Shown here: in pieces, positions 10,910-20,472 of the stretch
Layout of the letters: the number at the start of each line of letters is the position of its first letter
Numbering within the stretch: position 1 is the first letter of the stretch
Program-made: the position numbers and the translations under genes
From: Brevibacterium luteolum
Lineage (GTDB): Bacteria > Actinomycetota > Actinomycetes > Actinomycetales > Brevibacteriaceae
NCBI RefSeq assembly: GCF_013004595.1
Contig: NZ_JABEMC010000004.1
Location: forward strand, 186,001 to 250,000
Length of the DNA: 64,000 nucleotides
Reading direction: 5' to 3'
Notes under the pieces: model-generated
What the model saw: the letters and a program-made list of their open reading frames with translations, nothing else
Told to the model about the DNA's origin: nothing
Databases searched by the model: none

Positions 10910-11209
10910 TCACATTCCCTGGGCTGCGAGGCTGAAGAACACACCGGCGAGGATCTGCACTGCGATGAACACGAGGATGAAGCCCAGGTCCAGGGAGATC
11001 TGGCCGAGGCGCAGCGGCGGGATGATCCGGCGCACGAGCTTCACCGGCGGGTCGGTGAGCGTGTAGATGATCTCGGCGAGTACGAGGATGAAGCCGGTGG
11101 GCCGCCAGTCACGTGCGAACACCTGGATGAGGTCGATGACGACCCGCGCCAGGAGCACGAAGACGTACAGGCTCAAAGCCTGGCCGATGATCCAAAACAG
11201 CAATGACAC
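10910..11209 (-). CDS. yggT: YggT-family membrane protein (YlmG/SepG-like)
   Basis: LTDPPVKLVRRIIPPLRLGQISLDLGF motif; 99 aa hydrophobic; position between sepF and divIVA. Confidence 0.92.
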   Translation of the reverse strand: MSLLFWIIGQALSLYVFVLLARVVIDLIQVFARDWRPTGFILVLAEIIYTLTDPPVKLVRRIIPPLRLGQISLDLGFILVFIAVQILAGVFFSLAAQGM

Positions 11210-11234
11210 GAAGGCTTCTCCTGAGGGAACGCAG

Positions 11235-11266
11235 ACGGCGGACTACATTCAAGCGTAGTCCGCCGT
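11235..11266 (-). terminator. Hairpin between sepF and yggT (terminator or stabilising stem)
   Basis: 12-bp inverted repeat acggcggactac/gtagtccgccgt. Confidence 0.5.
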
Positions 11267-11310
11267 TGCTGTTAATGCCGAACCGGGAGCCGCAGCTGCG
11301 GCCAGACGCC

Positions 11311-11817
11311 TCAGCTCTGGTTGAAGAAGCTGGCCTGATGGTCTCCTGCGGCTTCTTCGGTCGATACTTCGATCGACTCGGGGGTGAGGAGGAACACATT
11401 GTTGGTGACCTTCTCGATGGATCCGCGCAGGCCGAAGATGAGGCCGGCGGAGAAGTCGACGAGGCGCTTGGAGTTCGCCTCGTCCATTGCCGAGAGGTTC
11501 ATGATGACCGGCACGCCGTCGCGGAAGGCGGTGCCGATGGCCTTGGCGTCGTTGTAGCTGCGGGGATGGATCGTCTGAATGCGCTGCATGGCGGTGGCCG
11601 GTGCACTTTCCACGGGACGAACGGACGGGCGGATCGGGGTGACAGCAGCAGCCGGCGGCTCGAACGGCTCAGGTTCGGCCTCGAGGCCGTCGTCAGCGTA
11701 GTCGTCGTACTCGTCCTCATAGGTACGGCGCTGTTCGGTGGGCTGATGACGCAGGTCCTGCTCGTCGTAGTCCTCGACGAATCCCAGGTAGCTGCCGATC
11801 TTCTTGAGAGCGGACAT
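11311..11817 (-). CDS. sepF: Cell division protein SepF
   Basis: Amphipathic N-terminus MSALKKIGSYLG; PRSYNDAKAIG, PVIMNL, KRLVDFSAGL, VFLLTP; GAGGAG SD. Confidence 0.96.
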   Translation of the reverse strand: MSALKKIGSYLGFVEDYDEQDLRHQPTEQRRTYEDEYDDYADDGLEAEPEPFEPPAAAVTPIRPSVRPVESAPATAMQRIQTIHPRSYNDAKAIGTAFRDGVPVIMNLSAMDEANSKRLVDFSAGLIFGLRGSIEKVTNNVFLLTPESIEVSTEEAAGDHQASFFNQS

Positions 11818-11918
11818 GGGCGACTCCTCGTGATTGCGGGCGTCCTTCGCGGTTCGACATGCAAAGGTCTTAGTGAGAACGTACCCCACTGGCAGGTGAT
11901 GGCCGGGAAAGCGCTGCG

Positions 11919-11931
11919 GGCGTGTCGAAAG
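11919..11931 (-). promoter_or_regulatory. Candidate WhiA-type box upstream of sepF
   Basis: CTTTCGACACGCC, GACAC 38 nt upstream of a -10-like TACGTT (11883-11878); near-identical copy upstream of ftsZ. Confidence 0.5.
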
Positions 11932-11945
11932 TTCGGGTGAAGTTC

Positions 11946-12710
11946 TCACCGCGGCTGTGCGGTGGGCTCCATCCAGATGACACCTGCGAATCGGCCGGTG
12001 ACGGCGTCGCGTCGGTAGGAGAACAGGTCGGGGCTGTCGTAGGTGCAGGCCGAGACCCAGCGCTCAAGCCGCACGCCTTCCCGGCGCAGCTGCTCGGCCA
12101 CTCCGGCGGCGACGTCGATGGCTGGGGTGCCCTCGGCCGAGACCGAGGCGGCGACCGGTTCGATCTCGCCGATCTCCTCGCGCAGTTCGACCGGCACCTC
12201 GTAGCGTCGCGGGGAGATCGAGGGGCCGATGATCGCAGCGATGTTGTCCGCCCCACGCTCACGCATCGACTCGACAGCAGCGCCGACGACGCCTGCGGCC
12301 ATGCCCTTGCGCCCGGCGTGGACGCTGGCGATGACCCCGGCATCCGGGTCGGCCAGCAGCACCGGAGTGCAGTCGGCGACGAGGACGGCGAGACCGAGGA
12401 GGGTCGATGAGGTCACCTGGGCATCCGCTTCGACGGTGTCGAGCGAGACGGACGAATTGAGGTCATCGAGATCGACGGTGTGCACGGCGGTGCCGTGGAC
12501 CTGGGAGGTGAAGCTCAGCCGGTCGGCCTGCAGGCCCAGCACCTGGGCGAGCATATTGCGGTTGGCTGTCACCGCCGAGTCGTCGTCGCCGACTCCGCGC
12601 CCGAGGTTGAGCGAGTTGTAGGGAGGAACGGAATAGCCGCCCCATCGGTCCGAGAACGCCGCGTGGGCCACGCGGTGAGTTCCCGGAACGACGAAGCGGC
12701 TGTGCAGCAC
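11946..12710 (-). CDS. pgeF: PgeF/YfiH laccase-domain protein (peptidoglycan editing factor / purine nucleoside phosphorylase)
   Basis: SLNLG, QVHG, ADCTPVLL, HAGRKG, GPSI, FSYRR..TGRF; immediately downstream of ftsZ. Confidence 0.93.
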   Translation of the reverse strand: MLHSRFVVPGTHRVAHAAFSDRWGGYSVPPYNSLNLGRGVGDDDSAVTANRNMLAQVLGLQADRLSFTSQVHGTAVHTVDLDDLNSSVSLDTVEADAQVTSSTLLGLAVLVADCTPVLLADPDAGVIASVHAGRKGMAAGVVGAAVESMRERGADNIAAIIGPSISPRRYEVPVELREEIGEIEPVAASVSAEGTPAIDVAAGVAEQLRREGVRLERWVSACTYDSPDLFSYRRDAVTGRFAGVIWMEPTAQPR

Positions 12711-12725
12711 GAGGCCGTCCCTGTC

Positions 12726-14012
12726 TTATTTGAGGAAGTCGGGGATGTCGAGGTCGTCGTCGAAGCTGTCGACCTTCTCATCCGGCAGCTCGCGCGGAAC
12801 CGGGGGTGCAGATTCCTCGCTGGAACCGGCCGAAGCCGAGGCATCGTCCGATCCGCTCGACGAAGAGTCTTCCGAGCGCAGGCTGTATGGGCCAGCCTGG
12901 GTGCCCGAATCGCTGGCGGCAGCACCTGCGGCCGCACCGGCGCCGGCGGCTGCCGCACCGACGGCGGCGGGCTGGTTGCCGGATTCGCTGCGGCCGGCGT
13001 CTGCCGAACGGCGGTCCTCCGACGACTTGCTGGCTGCCAGCGACGGCGAGCCCTCCACAGCGCCGACCGGCGTGTCGAAGCCGGCGGCGATGACGGTGAT
13101 GCGGCATTCGTCGCCGAGGTTGTCGTCGATGACGGTGCCGAAGATGATGTTGGCTTCCGGGTGCGCGGCTTCCTGCACGAGGCGGGCGGCCTCGTTGATC
13201 TCGAACAGGCCGAGGTCGGATCCGCCCTGGATGCTCAGCAGCACGCCGTGGGCGCCTTCGATGCTGGCTTCGAGCAGCGGCGAGGCGATTGCGGCCTCGG
13301 CTGCCTGCACGGCACGGTCGTCGCCGACGGCGGAGCCGATGCCCATGAGCGCTGTGCCGGCGTCCTGCATGACGGACTTGACGTCGGCGAAGTCGAGGTT
13401 GATCATGCCCGGCGTCGAGATGAGGTCGGTGATGCCCTGCACGCCCGAGCGCAGCACCTCGTCAGCGGACTGGAAGGCCTCGATGACCGACACGTTGCGG
13501 TCCGAGATCGACAGCAGCCGGTCGTTCGGTATGACGATGAGGGTGTCGACTTCCTCGCGGAGGTCGGCGATGCCCTTCTCCGCCTGGGCCGAGCGGCGCC
13601 GGCCTTCGAAGGTGAACGGGCGGGTGACGACACCGATGGTCAGGGCGCCGAGGCCGCGAGCGATGCGGGCGACGACAGGTGCTGCACCGGTGCCGGTGCC
13701 GCCGCCTTCGCCAGCGGTGACGAAGACCATGTCGGCGCCTTCGAGCGCTTCGGTGATGGCCTCTTCGGAGTCCTCTGCGGCCTTGCGCCCGATCTCCGGG
13801 TCGGCTCCGGCGCCGAGCCCGCGAGTGAGGTCGCGGCCGATCTCGAGCTTCAGGTCAGCTTCGGAAAGGAGCAGCGCTTGTGCGTCGGTGTTGATTGCGA
13901 TGAATTCGACGCCTTTGAGGCCGACGTCGATCATCCGTTGGACAGCGTTGACACCGCCGCCGCCGGTACCGGCAACCTTGATGTCCGCTCCGGATTGTGG
14001 GAATTCAGCCAA
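12726..14012 (-). CDS. ftsZ: Cell division GTPase FtsZ
   Basis: [30 protein letters not shown]-terminal DIPDFLK; TTG start after AGAGGA. Confidence 0.99.
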   Translation of the reverse strand: MAEFPQSGADIKVAGTGGGGVNAVQRMIDVGLKGVEFIAINTDAQALLLSEADLKLEIGRDLTRGLGAGADPEIGRKAAEDSEEAITEALEGADMVFVTAGEGGGTGTGAAPVVARIARGLGALTIGVVTRPFTFEGRRRSAQAEKGIADLREEVDTLIVIPNDRLLSISDRNVSVIEAFQSADEVLRSGVQGITDLISTPGMINLDFADVKSVMQDAGTALMGIGSAVGDDRAVQAAEAAIASPLLEASIEGAHGVLLSIQGGSDLGLFEINEAARLVQEAAHPEANIIFGTVIDDNLGDECRITVIAAGFDTPVGAVEGSPSLAASKSSEDRRSADAGRSESGNQPAAVGAAAAGAGAAAGAAASDSGTQAGPYSLRSEDSSSSGSDDASASAGSSEESAPPVPRELPDEKVDSFDDDLDIPDFLK

Positions 14013-14117
14013 GTCGGTTTCCTCTTTCGACGCATCGGGCCCATGCGGGCGTGTGGGCCTATTTTGCCTTCATGTCGACGCTATGACCCGCTCCCCCTCA
14101 GCGCAACTCTCGCACGC

Positions 14118-14130
14118 GGTGTGTCGAAAG
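14118..14130 (-). promoter_or_regulatory. Candidate WhiA-type box upstream of ftsZ
   Basis: CTTTCGACACACC, GACAC 37 nt upstream of a -10-like TAGCGT (14083-14078). Confidence 0.5.
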
Positions 14131-14171
14131 CTTCTGCCCCGGCAGGCCCGATCGGTGCGCCGGGCGGGAGC

Positions 14172-14927
14172 TTATGAGGTGACCGGCACCTCGGGCACGG
14201 AGACGTCGATCGTCTGCGCATCGGTATCGATGAGCTTGGAGGCGATGTCGAATTTGCGGGCGGCGTCCTCGGCGCTGCCGAATCGGATCGTCACCGGGGA
14301 GGCGTCTTCGCCGGGGCTGTAGTCGATTTCGATCTTCTCCGGATCACTGGCGCGCACGACGCTGATCTGCTCGGGCACCCCGTCAGGCAGTTCGTCGAGC
14401 AGTGCCAGTGCGGCGCTGATCGTCTCCTTGCGGTCGGCTCCGGCGGTGAGTTCGAGGCGGGCCAGTCCGTCGGGTTCGCCGGTGACGGTGTCGATCGTCG
14501 TGCCGGTGGCATCGACGCGGTCCCAGCCGGAGCCTGCGCGCACGGCGATAAGCGGGGTGCGGTCGGTGACCGTGATGGACAGAGCGCGCGGGCCGGCCCA
14601 GCGGGCCTTCGCCGAGGCGGCCTTCGGCAGACGCTTGAGGGCGGCCTTCTCGACTGCACCGGGCATCGCCTGCGGCAGCGGGGTGCCGGACCAATCGGCC
14701 AGCACCGCTTCTTCGATCTGCTCGGCGGTGTAGAACTCCGTCGCCTTGGCTTTGACGCTGGTGATCGCCAGCACCGGGGAGAACCAGGCGGCGGCCAGCA
14801 GCCCGATGATGACCGCGGCGCTGCCGGCGATGACGAGGAGGCGTGTGAGCCGGGCGCGGCGGCGGGCGGCGAGCCGGTCGGACAGGCTCGCGGTCGCCTC
14901 GGTGCTGCCGGTGTGCGTCTGCGTCAT
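14172..14927 (-). CDS. ftsQ: Cell division protein FtsQ/DivIB
   Basis: Basic N-tail, single TM, WFSPVLAITSV POTRA start, C-terminal IDVSVPEVP; between murC and ftsZ. Confidence 0.88.
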   Translation of the reverse strand: MTQTHTGSTEATASLSDRLAARRRARLTRLLVIAGSAAVIIGLLAAAWFSPVLAITSVKAKATEFYTAEQIEEAVLADWSGTPLPQAMPGAVEKAALKRLPKAASAKARWAGPRALSITVTDRTPLIAVRAGSGWDRVDATGTTIDTVTGEPDGLARLELTAGADRKETISAALALLDELPDGVPEQISVVRASDPEKIEIDYSPGEDASPVTIRFGSAEDAARKFDIASKLIDTDAQTIDVSVPEVPVTS

Positions 14928-14937
14928 CGCCTGCCGG

Positions 14938-16350
14938 TCACCAGGCCGTTTCGAGTGCGGCGACGATCTCGGGGCCGAGGATCGTGACATCGCCGGCGCC
15001 GATGGTGATGACGATGTCGCCGGGCTGGACGCGGGAGACGACGGTCGGCACGGCATCGGAGAAGGCCGGCAGGAAGGTGGCGTTGTCGTGCGGGACCTCC
15101 TCGGCGACGATCGCGCCGGTCACCCCCGGGATCGGGTCCTCGCGGGCGGGGAACACGTCGAGGACGATCGCCTCATCGGCGATGCCAAGCGCCTGACCGA
15201 ACTCCTGCTTGAAGTTCTGGGTGCGGCTGAACAGGTGCGGCTGGAAGATCGCGTGCACCCGCCCGCCGGGCGCCACGACCGAGCGGGCGGCGGTGAGCAC
15301 CGCGCTGACCTCGGTCGGGTGGTGGGCGTAGTCGTCGTAGACGCGCACACCGTGGGCGGTGCCGCGCAGCTCGAAGCGCCGGCGAGTGCCGCCGAATCCG
15401 GCCAGGCCCGCAACAGCGGCATCGAGGTCGCCGCCGAGGTGGTGGACGACGCAGAGTGCGGCGGTGGCGTTGGCGGCGTTGTAGGCGCCGGGCTGCTGAA
15501 GTTCGACGTCGAGGTCACGGCCGTCGAGGGTGACGGTGAAGGCGGTGCCGACCTCGCCGGGGCGCAGGTCGGTGATCGGCACATCGGCGGTCTCGGCGAA
15601 TCCGTAGGTGACGACGGTGGTGCCCTCAGCGGCGGCTTGGGCTGCGATCTCGCGGGATCCGGCGTCGTCGGCGCAGGCGATGAGCACACCGCCGCGGCTG
15701 CGCACGTGGCTGGCGAAGTCGACGAAGGCCTGGCGCACACCAGCCCAGTCGCCGTAGTGGTCGAGGTGGTCGGCCTCGGCGTTTGTGATGACGGCGACGG
15801 CCGGTTCGTAGAGCAGGAAGGAGCCGTCGGATTCGTCGGCTTCGGCGATGAACGCCTCGCCGCTGCCGTCGTGGGCGTTGGTGCCCGAGGCGGTGAGCAC
15901 TCCCCCGATGACGAACGACGGGTCCCCGCCGCCGGCCTGCAGGGCGACCGTCGTCATCGATGTCGTCGTCGTCTTGCCGTGAGTGCCGGCGATGGCGACA
16001 GTCGTGCGTGCGTGCATGAGGCCTGCGAGTGCCGCTGAGCGGTGGATGATGCGCAGGCCCTTGTCGCGGGCGGCGGCCAGTTCGGGGTTGTCCTGGCGGA
16101 TGGCTGAGGAGACGACGACGGTGTCGACGTCGGCGATGTTCTCTGCCCGCTGGCCGATCGCGATCTCCGCGCCGAGGGCGCGCAGGGCTGCAACGACCGA
16201 GGAGTCCTTCGCATCGGAGCCGGTGACGGTCATGCCGCGCATGAGCATGATCCGGGCGATGCCGGACATGCCGGCGCCGCCGATGCCGATGAAGTGGACG
16301 CGGCCGAGTTCAGCGGCCGGGATGATCGGCGTGTCAGGGGCTGCTGCCAT
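14938..16350 (-). CDS. murC: UDP-N-acetylmuramate-L-alanine ligase
   Basis: HFIGIGGAGMSGIA, GTHGKTTTT, EADESDGSF, DDYAHHPTE, FQPH. Confidence 0.98.
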   Translation of the reverse strand: MAAAPDTPIIPAAELGRVHFIGIGGAGMSGIARIMLMRGMTVTGSDAKDSSVVAALRALGAEIAIGQRAENIADVDTVVVSSAIRQDNPELAAARDKGLRIIHRSAALAGLMHARTTVAIAGTHGKTTTTSMTTVALQAGGGDPSFVIGGVLTASGTNAHDGSGEAFIAEADESDGSFLLYEPAVAVITNAEADHLDHYGDWAGVRQAFVDFASHVRSRGGVLIACADDAGSREIAAQAAAEGTTVVTYGFAETADVPITDLRPGEVGTAFTVTLDGRDLDVELQQPGAYNAANATAALCVVHHLGGDLDAAVAGLAGFGGTRRRFELRGTAHGVRVYDDYAHHPTEVSAVLTAARSVVAPGGRVHAIFQPHLFSRTQNFKQEFGQALGIADEAIVLDVFPAREDPIPGVTGAIVAEEVPHDNATFLPAFSDAVPTVVSRVQPGDIVITIGAGDVTILGPEIVAALETAW

Positions 16351-16353
16351 CTG

Positions 16354-17523
16354 TCAGTCGTCCTTTGTGCGTTCTTTGCGGTTGAGCAGTTCCGGCGGGT
16401 ACGGCCGGTGCGGATGCTCCCGGCCGAGGGCCGCATACATCTTATGCACCATCGTGCGGGCGGCTGCCATCGGGAAGTCGGCGGCCAGGGCGGTTTCGCT
16501 CATCGCCTGCAGGCGCGCCGGGTCGGTCAGCAGCGGCAGGATCGTGCCGGTGACCGCGCCCGTGTCGAAGTCGGCGTTGTCGATCATGAGTGCCGCGCCG
16601 GATTCGACAAGGCCCGCGGCGTTGAGGCGCTGCTCGCCGTTGCCGATCGCCAGCGGCACGAACACCGTCGGCACTCCGGTGATCGACACCTCGGCGACGG
16701 TCCCGGCACCGGAGCGGGCTATGAGCAGGTCGGCGGCCAGATAGGCGTTGTGCATCCCGTCGACGTATTCGACGACGTGGTAGTCCGGGACCGAGGCGGC
16801 TGCTTGGGCGACGTCTGCGGCCTTGCCGGCGCCGGTGATGTGGAGGATCTGCACGGCTGCTGCCGCGATGTTCTCGATCGCTCCGGCGAAGGCTTCGTTG
16901 AGCCGCTGGGCGCCGGACGATCCGCCGGTCACCACGAGGGTCGGCAGGTCTTCGCGCAGACCGAGATGCTGGCGTGCGGCGGCCCGCTGGGCGGGGTCGG
17001 TGTAGTCGACGAGTTCGATCTGAGAGCGGATCGGCATGCCGACCTGGCTGCCCTTGAGCGGGGTGCCGGAGAAGGTGTAGCCGATGTTGGCCGCAGGCGT
17101 GAAGCCGGCGCCGAGGCGGTTGGCCAGTCCCGGCCGGGCGTTGGCTTCGTGGATGATGACCGGGATCTTCGCGAGTTTGGCAGCCAGGTAGGCCGGCGGG
17201 CAGACGTAGCCGCCGACTCCGACGACGATGTCGACGTGGCGGTCGCGGATGAGCCGGCGGACCTTGCGCACGGTGCCGGCCAGCCGCCCGGGGAAGCGCA
17301 GCAGGTCGGTGTCGATGCTGCGCGGGGCGGGCACCTTGTCGATGGTGACGAGTTCGAAGCCGGCTTCGGGTACGAGGCGGGTCTCCAGGCCGGCGGGCGT
17401 GCCGAGCATGATGATCTCAGCTTCCGGGTCCTGGAATCTCAGGTCCTCGGCGATGGCGAGCATCGGGGCGACGTGGCCGGTGGTGCCGCCGCCGGCGAAC
17501 AGGGCTGTCAGGGGTCGGGTCAT
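16354..17523 (-). CDS. murG: Lipid II GlcNAc transferase
   Basis: GGGTTGHVAP, GGYV, HEANARPGLAN, TGGSSGA, RSGAGTVAE; ATGA overlap with ftsW. Confidence 0.97.
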   Translation of the reverse strand: MTRPLTALFAGGGTTGHVAPMLAIAEDLRFQDPEAEIIMLGTPAGLETRLVPEAGFELVTIDKVPAPRSIDTDLLRFPGRLAGTVRKVRRLIRDRHVDIVVGVGGYVCPPAYLAAKLAKIPVIIHEANARPGLANRLGAGFTPAANIGYTFSGTPLKGSQVGMPIRSQIELVDYTDPAQRAAARQHLGLREDLPTLVVTGGSSGAQRLNEAFAGAIENIAAAAVQILHITGAGKAADVAQAAASVPDYHVVEYVDGMHNAYLAADLLIARSGAGTVAEVSITGVPTVFVPLAIGNGEQRLNAAGLVESGAALMIDNADFDTGAVTGTILPLLTDPARLQAMSETALAADFPMAAARTMVHKMYAALGREHPHRPYPPELLNRKERTKDD

Positions 17524-18818
17524 GTCCTCTTCTTCTTCCGTAGGCGCAGCGGTGAGGAGGCGAGCACGGCCAGGGATTCGCGCACCCGGGCGTTCTGGGC
17601 GCGCATCGCCTCCTGCGCCCCGGATTCGGCGCGCGCGAAGGCGAGCACGACCCCGGCGGCGATGCAGGTGGCCAGCAGTGCGGAGCCGCCGTAGGAGACG
17701 AAGGGCAGCGGCACGCCGATGACCGGCAGCACCCCGGAGACGACGCCGATGTTGACGAGTGCCTGGCCGATGAGCCACATGAAGATCCCGGCGGTGGCGG
17801 CCTGGATCATCCGGTCGTCGGTGCGCAGCACGATGCGGATGAGGCCGTAGCCGAGCACGGAGAACAGCAGCAGCACTGCCACGGAACCGAGCAGGCCGAG
17901 CTCTTCGCCGATGATCGCGAAGATGAAGTCGTTGTGCGCCTCGGGCAGCCACAGCCACTTCTCCCTGGAGGCGCCGAGTCCCACGCCGAACCAGCCGCCG
18001 GAGGCCAGGGCGAATAGTCCGTGGTTGGACTGCCAGTGCTGGCCGAGTGGGTCCATCGCCTCGTTCTCGTGGCCGACGAACATCGCGCGGATGCGGGCCA
18101 TGCGGTTGGCACTCGTGATCACGAGGAGGGTGACGACGGCGGCGATGCCGAGGAAGGCGGTGATGAGGTAGCGCCACGGCAGTCCGGCGACGAACACGGT
18201 GCCCAGTGCGGTGGCCATGACGATGAGGGCGGTGCCGAGGTCGCGTCCGGCGAGCACGAGCCCGAGGACTGCGACGAGTCCGATGATGGCGGGCATGAGC
18301 TCTTTGAGGGAGGTGAGCTTAGCGGCCTTGTGGGCGAAGAACGTCGCCAGCCAGATCGCCAGGGCGACTTTGGTGAATTCGGCGGGCTGGCCCTGGAAGC
18401 CGCCGATCTTGATCCAGCCGGCGTTGCCCTGCACCTCGTGGCCGAGCCCGGGAACCAGCGGCAGGGTCTGCAGCGCGAGCGCGCTGATGAAGATGATCGG
18501 TGCGGCCTTCTTGAACCAGGCCACCGGTGCGTAGGACAACGCGATCATCACCGTCACGCCGATGAGGGCGTAGATGCCCTGCCGGTTGAACACGGAGAAC
18601 GAGGAGCCCTCACCGGCCCGGTAGGCGGTGATCGAGGAGGCCGAGAGCACCATGATGAGGCCGAAGCCGATGAGTGAGAGCACGGAGATGAACACAAGGT
18701 AGTAGCTCGTGACCGGCAGATTCAGCAGCCGGCGCAGGCTGGCCATCACGCCGGTCTCGCGCGAGAAGTCAGCCGCGCGCGTCCGCCGGGTCTCGGCATC
18801 GTGTCGCAGCGAGGCCAT
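17520..18818 (-). CDS. ftsW: SEDS peptidoglycan glycosyltransferase FtsW
   Basis: Multi-TM; QPAEFTK, DLGT, LPEAHNDFIFAIIGEELG, GVPLPFVSYGGS. Confidence 0.97.
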   Translation of the reverse strand: MASLRHDAETRRTRAADFSRETGVMASLRRLLNLPVTSYYLVFISVLSLIGFGLIMVLSASSITAYRAGEGSSFSVFNRQGIYALIGVTVMIALSYAPVAWFKKAAPIIFISALALQTLPLVPGLGHEVQGNAGWIKIGGFQGQPAEFTKVALAIWLATFFAHKAAKLTSLKELMPAIIGLVAVLGLVLAGRDLGTALIVMATALGTVFVAGLPWRYLITAFLGIAAVVTLLVITSANRMARIRAMFVGHENEAMDPLGQHWQSNHGLFALASGGWFGVGLGASREKWLWLPEAHNDFIFAIIGEELGLLGSVAVLLLFSVLGYGLIRIVLRTDDRMIQAATAGIFMWLIGQALVNIGVVSGVLPVIGVPLPFVSYGGSALLATCIAAGVVLAFARAESGAQEAMRAQNARVRESLAVLASSPLRLRKKKRT

Positions 18819-18819
18819 C

Positions 18820-20472
18820 TCAGCTCACCTGATCCTGCACGGCTGAGGCGAACAGCGTGCCGCGGGTGCCGTAGTTGAGGAACTGGTCCATGCTCGCTGC
18901 TGCCGGGGCGAGCAGCACGGTGTCGCCGTCTGCGGCCAGGTCGGCGGCAGCGGCGACGGCAGCGCGCATGATCGCCTCGCCCCGCCGGGTCTCATCGGCC
19001 GGGCCCGAGGTGCCGGTCGCCTCGCCTGCGCCGGTGGCCGGGTCGACGCGCACGAGCGGCACCGCAGGTGCGTGCTCGGCAAGCACCTGCGTGTAGGGGT
19101 CGGGGTCGGTGCCGATGAGCACGACACCGCGCAGCCGGTGGGCGTGGGTGCTGATGAGCTCAGTGAGGTCGGCGCCCTTCGTCAGGCCGCCGGCGATCCA
19201 CACGATCGATTCGGCAGCGGCCAGTGCGGCGTCGGCTGCATGCGGGTTGGTGGCCTTGGAGTCGTTGATCCAGCGCACTCCCCCGGCCTCGGCGACGACG
19301 GCCATCCGGTGATCGGCCGGCTGGTGGGTGCGCAGGCCCTCGCGCACGGCCGCCGGTGGGATGTCGATGCTGCGGGCCAGCGCTGCTGCGGCCAGTGCAT
19401 TGGCGATCTGGTGGGGTGCGGCCGGGGTCCCGGGGTTGCCGGCGGCGATGGCGACGTCGTCGAGGGAGCCGAGTTCGGCGGCTGTGGACTGCCGGTTGTG
19501 CAGGTAGGCGCGGTCGACGAGCACCCCGTCGACGACGCCGAACTCGCCGGGTGCCGGCATGCCGGAGGTGAAACCGATGGCCCGGGCGCCTGCGATGACC
19601 TCGGCGTCCTCGACGAGCCGGCGGGTGGCCGGGTCGTCGACGTTGTAGACGCAGGAGGCGGCGACATTGGTGTAGGCGCGGGCCTTGTCGGCGCAGTAGT
19701 CGGCGTAGCTGCCGTGCCAGTCGACGTGGTCTGCTGCCAGGTTGAGCACGGCGGCGGCGTGCGCGCTCATCGAGTACTGCCAGTGCAGCTGGAAGCTCGA
19801 CAGTTCGATGGCCAGCACCTCGGCGGCGGGGTCGAGGACAGCCTCGATGAGCGGCTGGCCGATGTTGCCGCAGGCTTTGGCGTGCAGGCCGGCGGCGGTG
19901 AGCATCGAGGCGAGCATCGAGGTCGTCGTGGTCTTGCCGTTGGTGCCGGTGACGACGAGCCAGGGTGCGGTGTTGTGGCCGCGCACCCGCCAGGCGAGTT
20001 CGACTTCGCCGATGACGGGGATGCCGCGGGCGTGGGCGGCCGTGAAGATCGGGTGGTCCGGCCGCCAGCCCGGTGAGGTGACGACGAGGTCGGGGGCCGC
20101 ACCGGCTGCGCTGGTCGGCAGGTCGGTGACGTGTTCGGGTCCGCGCCGGATGTCGACGTCGAAGACGGAGAGGATCGTCTCCCATTCGCTGAGGTCGCGT
20201 TCGGCATCGCTGTCGACGACAATGACGTCGGCGTGGCGTTCGGCCAGGTGGACGGCCGTCGGGAAGCCGGAGACTCCCAGGCCGGTGACGACGATGGTGA
20301 GTCCGTGCAGGCTTTGGGTCGGTCCGTGCAGGGCTGCCGGGATGTTCTCGGCGTGCGGGTAGTCGACCGGCTCCCAGCCCTCGGGGTGCAGGGGCAGCTC
20401 GGCGGCCGGCGGGGGTGAGAAGGTCATCCCGGCCAGCGGGTTGTCCGGGCTGCCGTGGCTGTCAGCGGGCAA
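18820..20472 (-). CDS. murD: UDP-MurNAc-L-Ala-D-glutamate ligase
   Basis: GLGVSG, SPG, VTGTNGKTTTT, ELSSFQL, DHVDWH, NDSKATN; start uncertain (TTG 20472 or ATG 20427). Confidence 0.96.
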   Translation of the reverse strand: MPADSHGSPDNPLAGMTFSPPPAAELPLHPEGWEPVDYPHAENIPAALHGPTQSLHGLTIVVTGLGVSGFPTAVHLAERHADVIVVDSDAERDLSEWETILSVFDVDIRRGPEHVTDLPTSAAGAAPDLVVTSPGWRPDHPIFTAAHARGIPVIGEVELAWRVRGHNTAPWLVVTGTNGKTTTTSMLASMLTAAGLHAKACGNIGQPLIEAVLDPAAEVLAIELSSFQLHWQYSMSAHAAAVLNLAADHVDWHGSYADYCADKARAYTNVAASCVYNVDDPATRRLVEDAEVIAGARAIGFTSGMPAPGEFGVVDGVLVDRAYLHNRQSTAAELGSLDDVAIAAGNPGTPAAPHQIANALAAAALARSIDIPPAAVREGLRTHQPADHRMAVVAEAGGVRWINDSKATNPHAADAALAAAESIVWIAGGLTKGADLTELISTHAHRLRGVVLIGTDPDPYTQVLAEHAPAVPLVRVDPATGAGEATGTSGPADETRRGEAIMRAAVAAAADLAADGDTVLLAPAAASMDQFLNYGTRGTLFASAVQDQVS

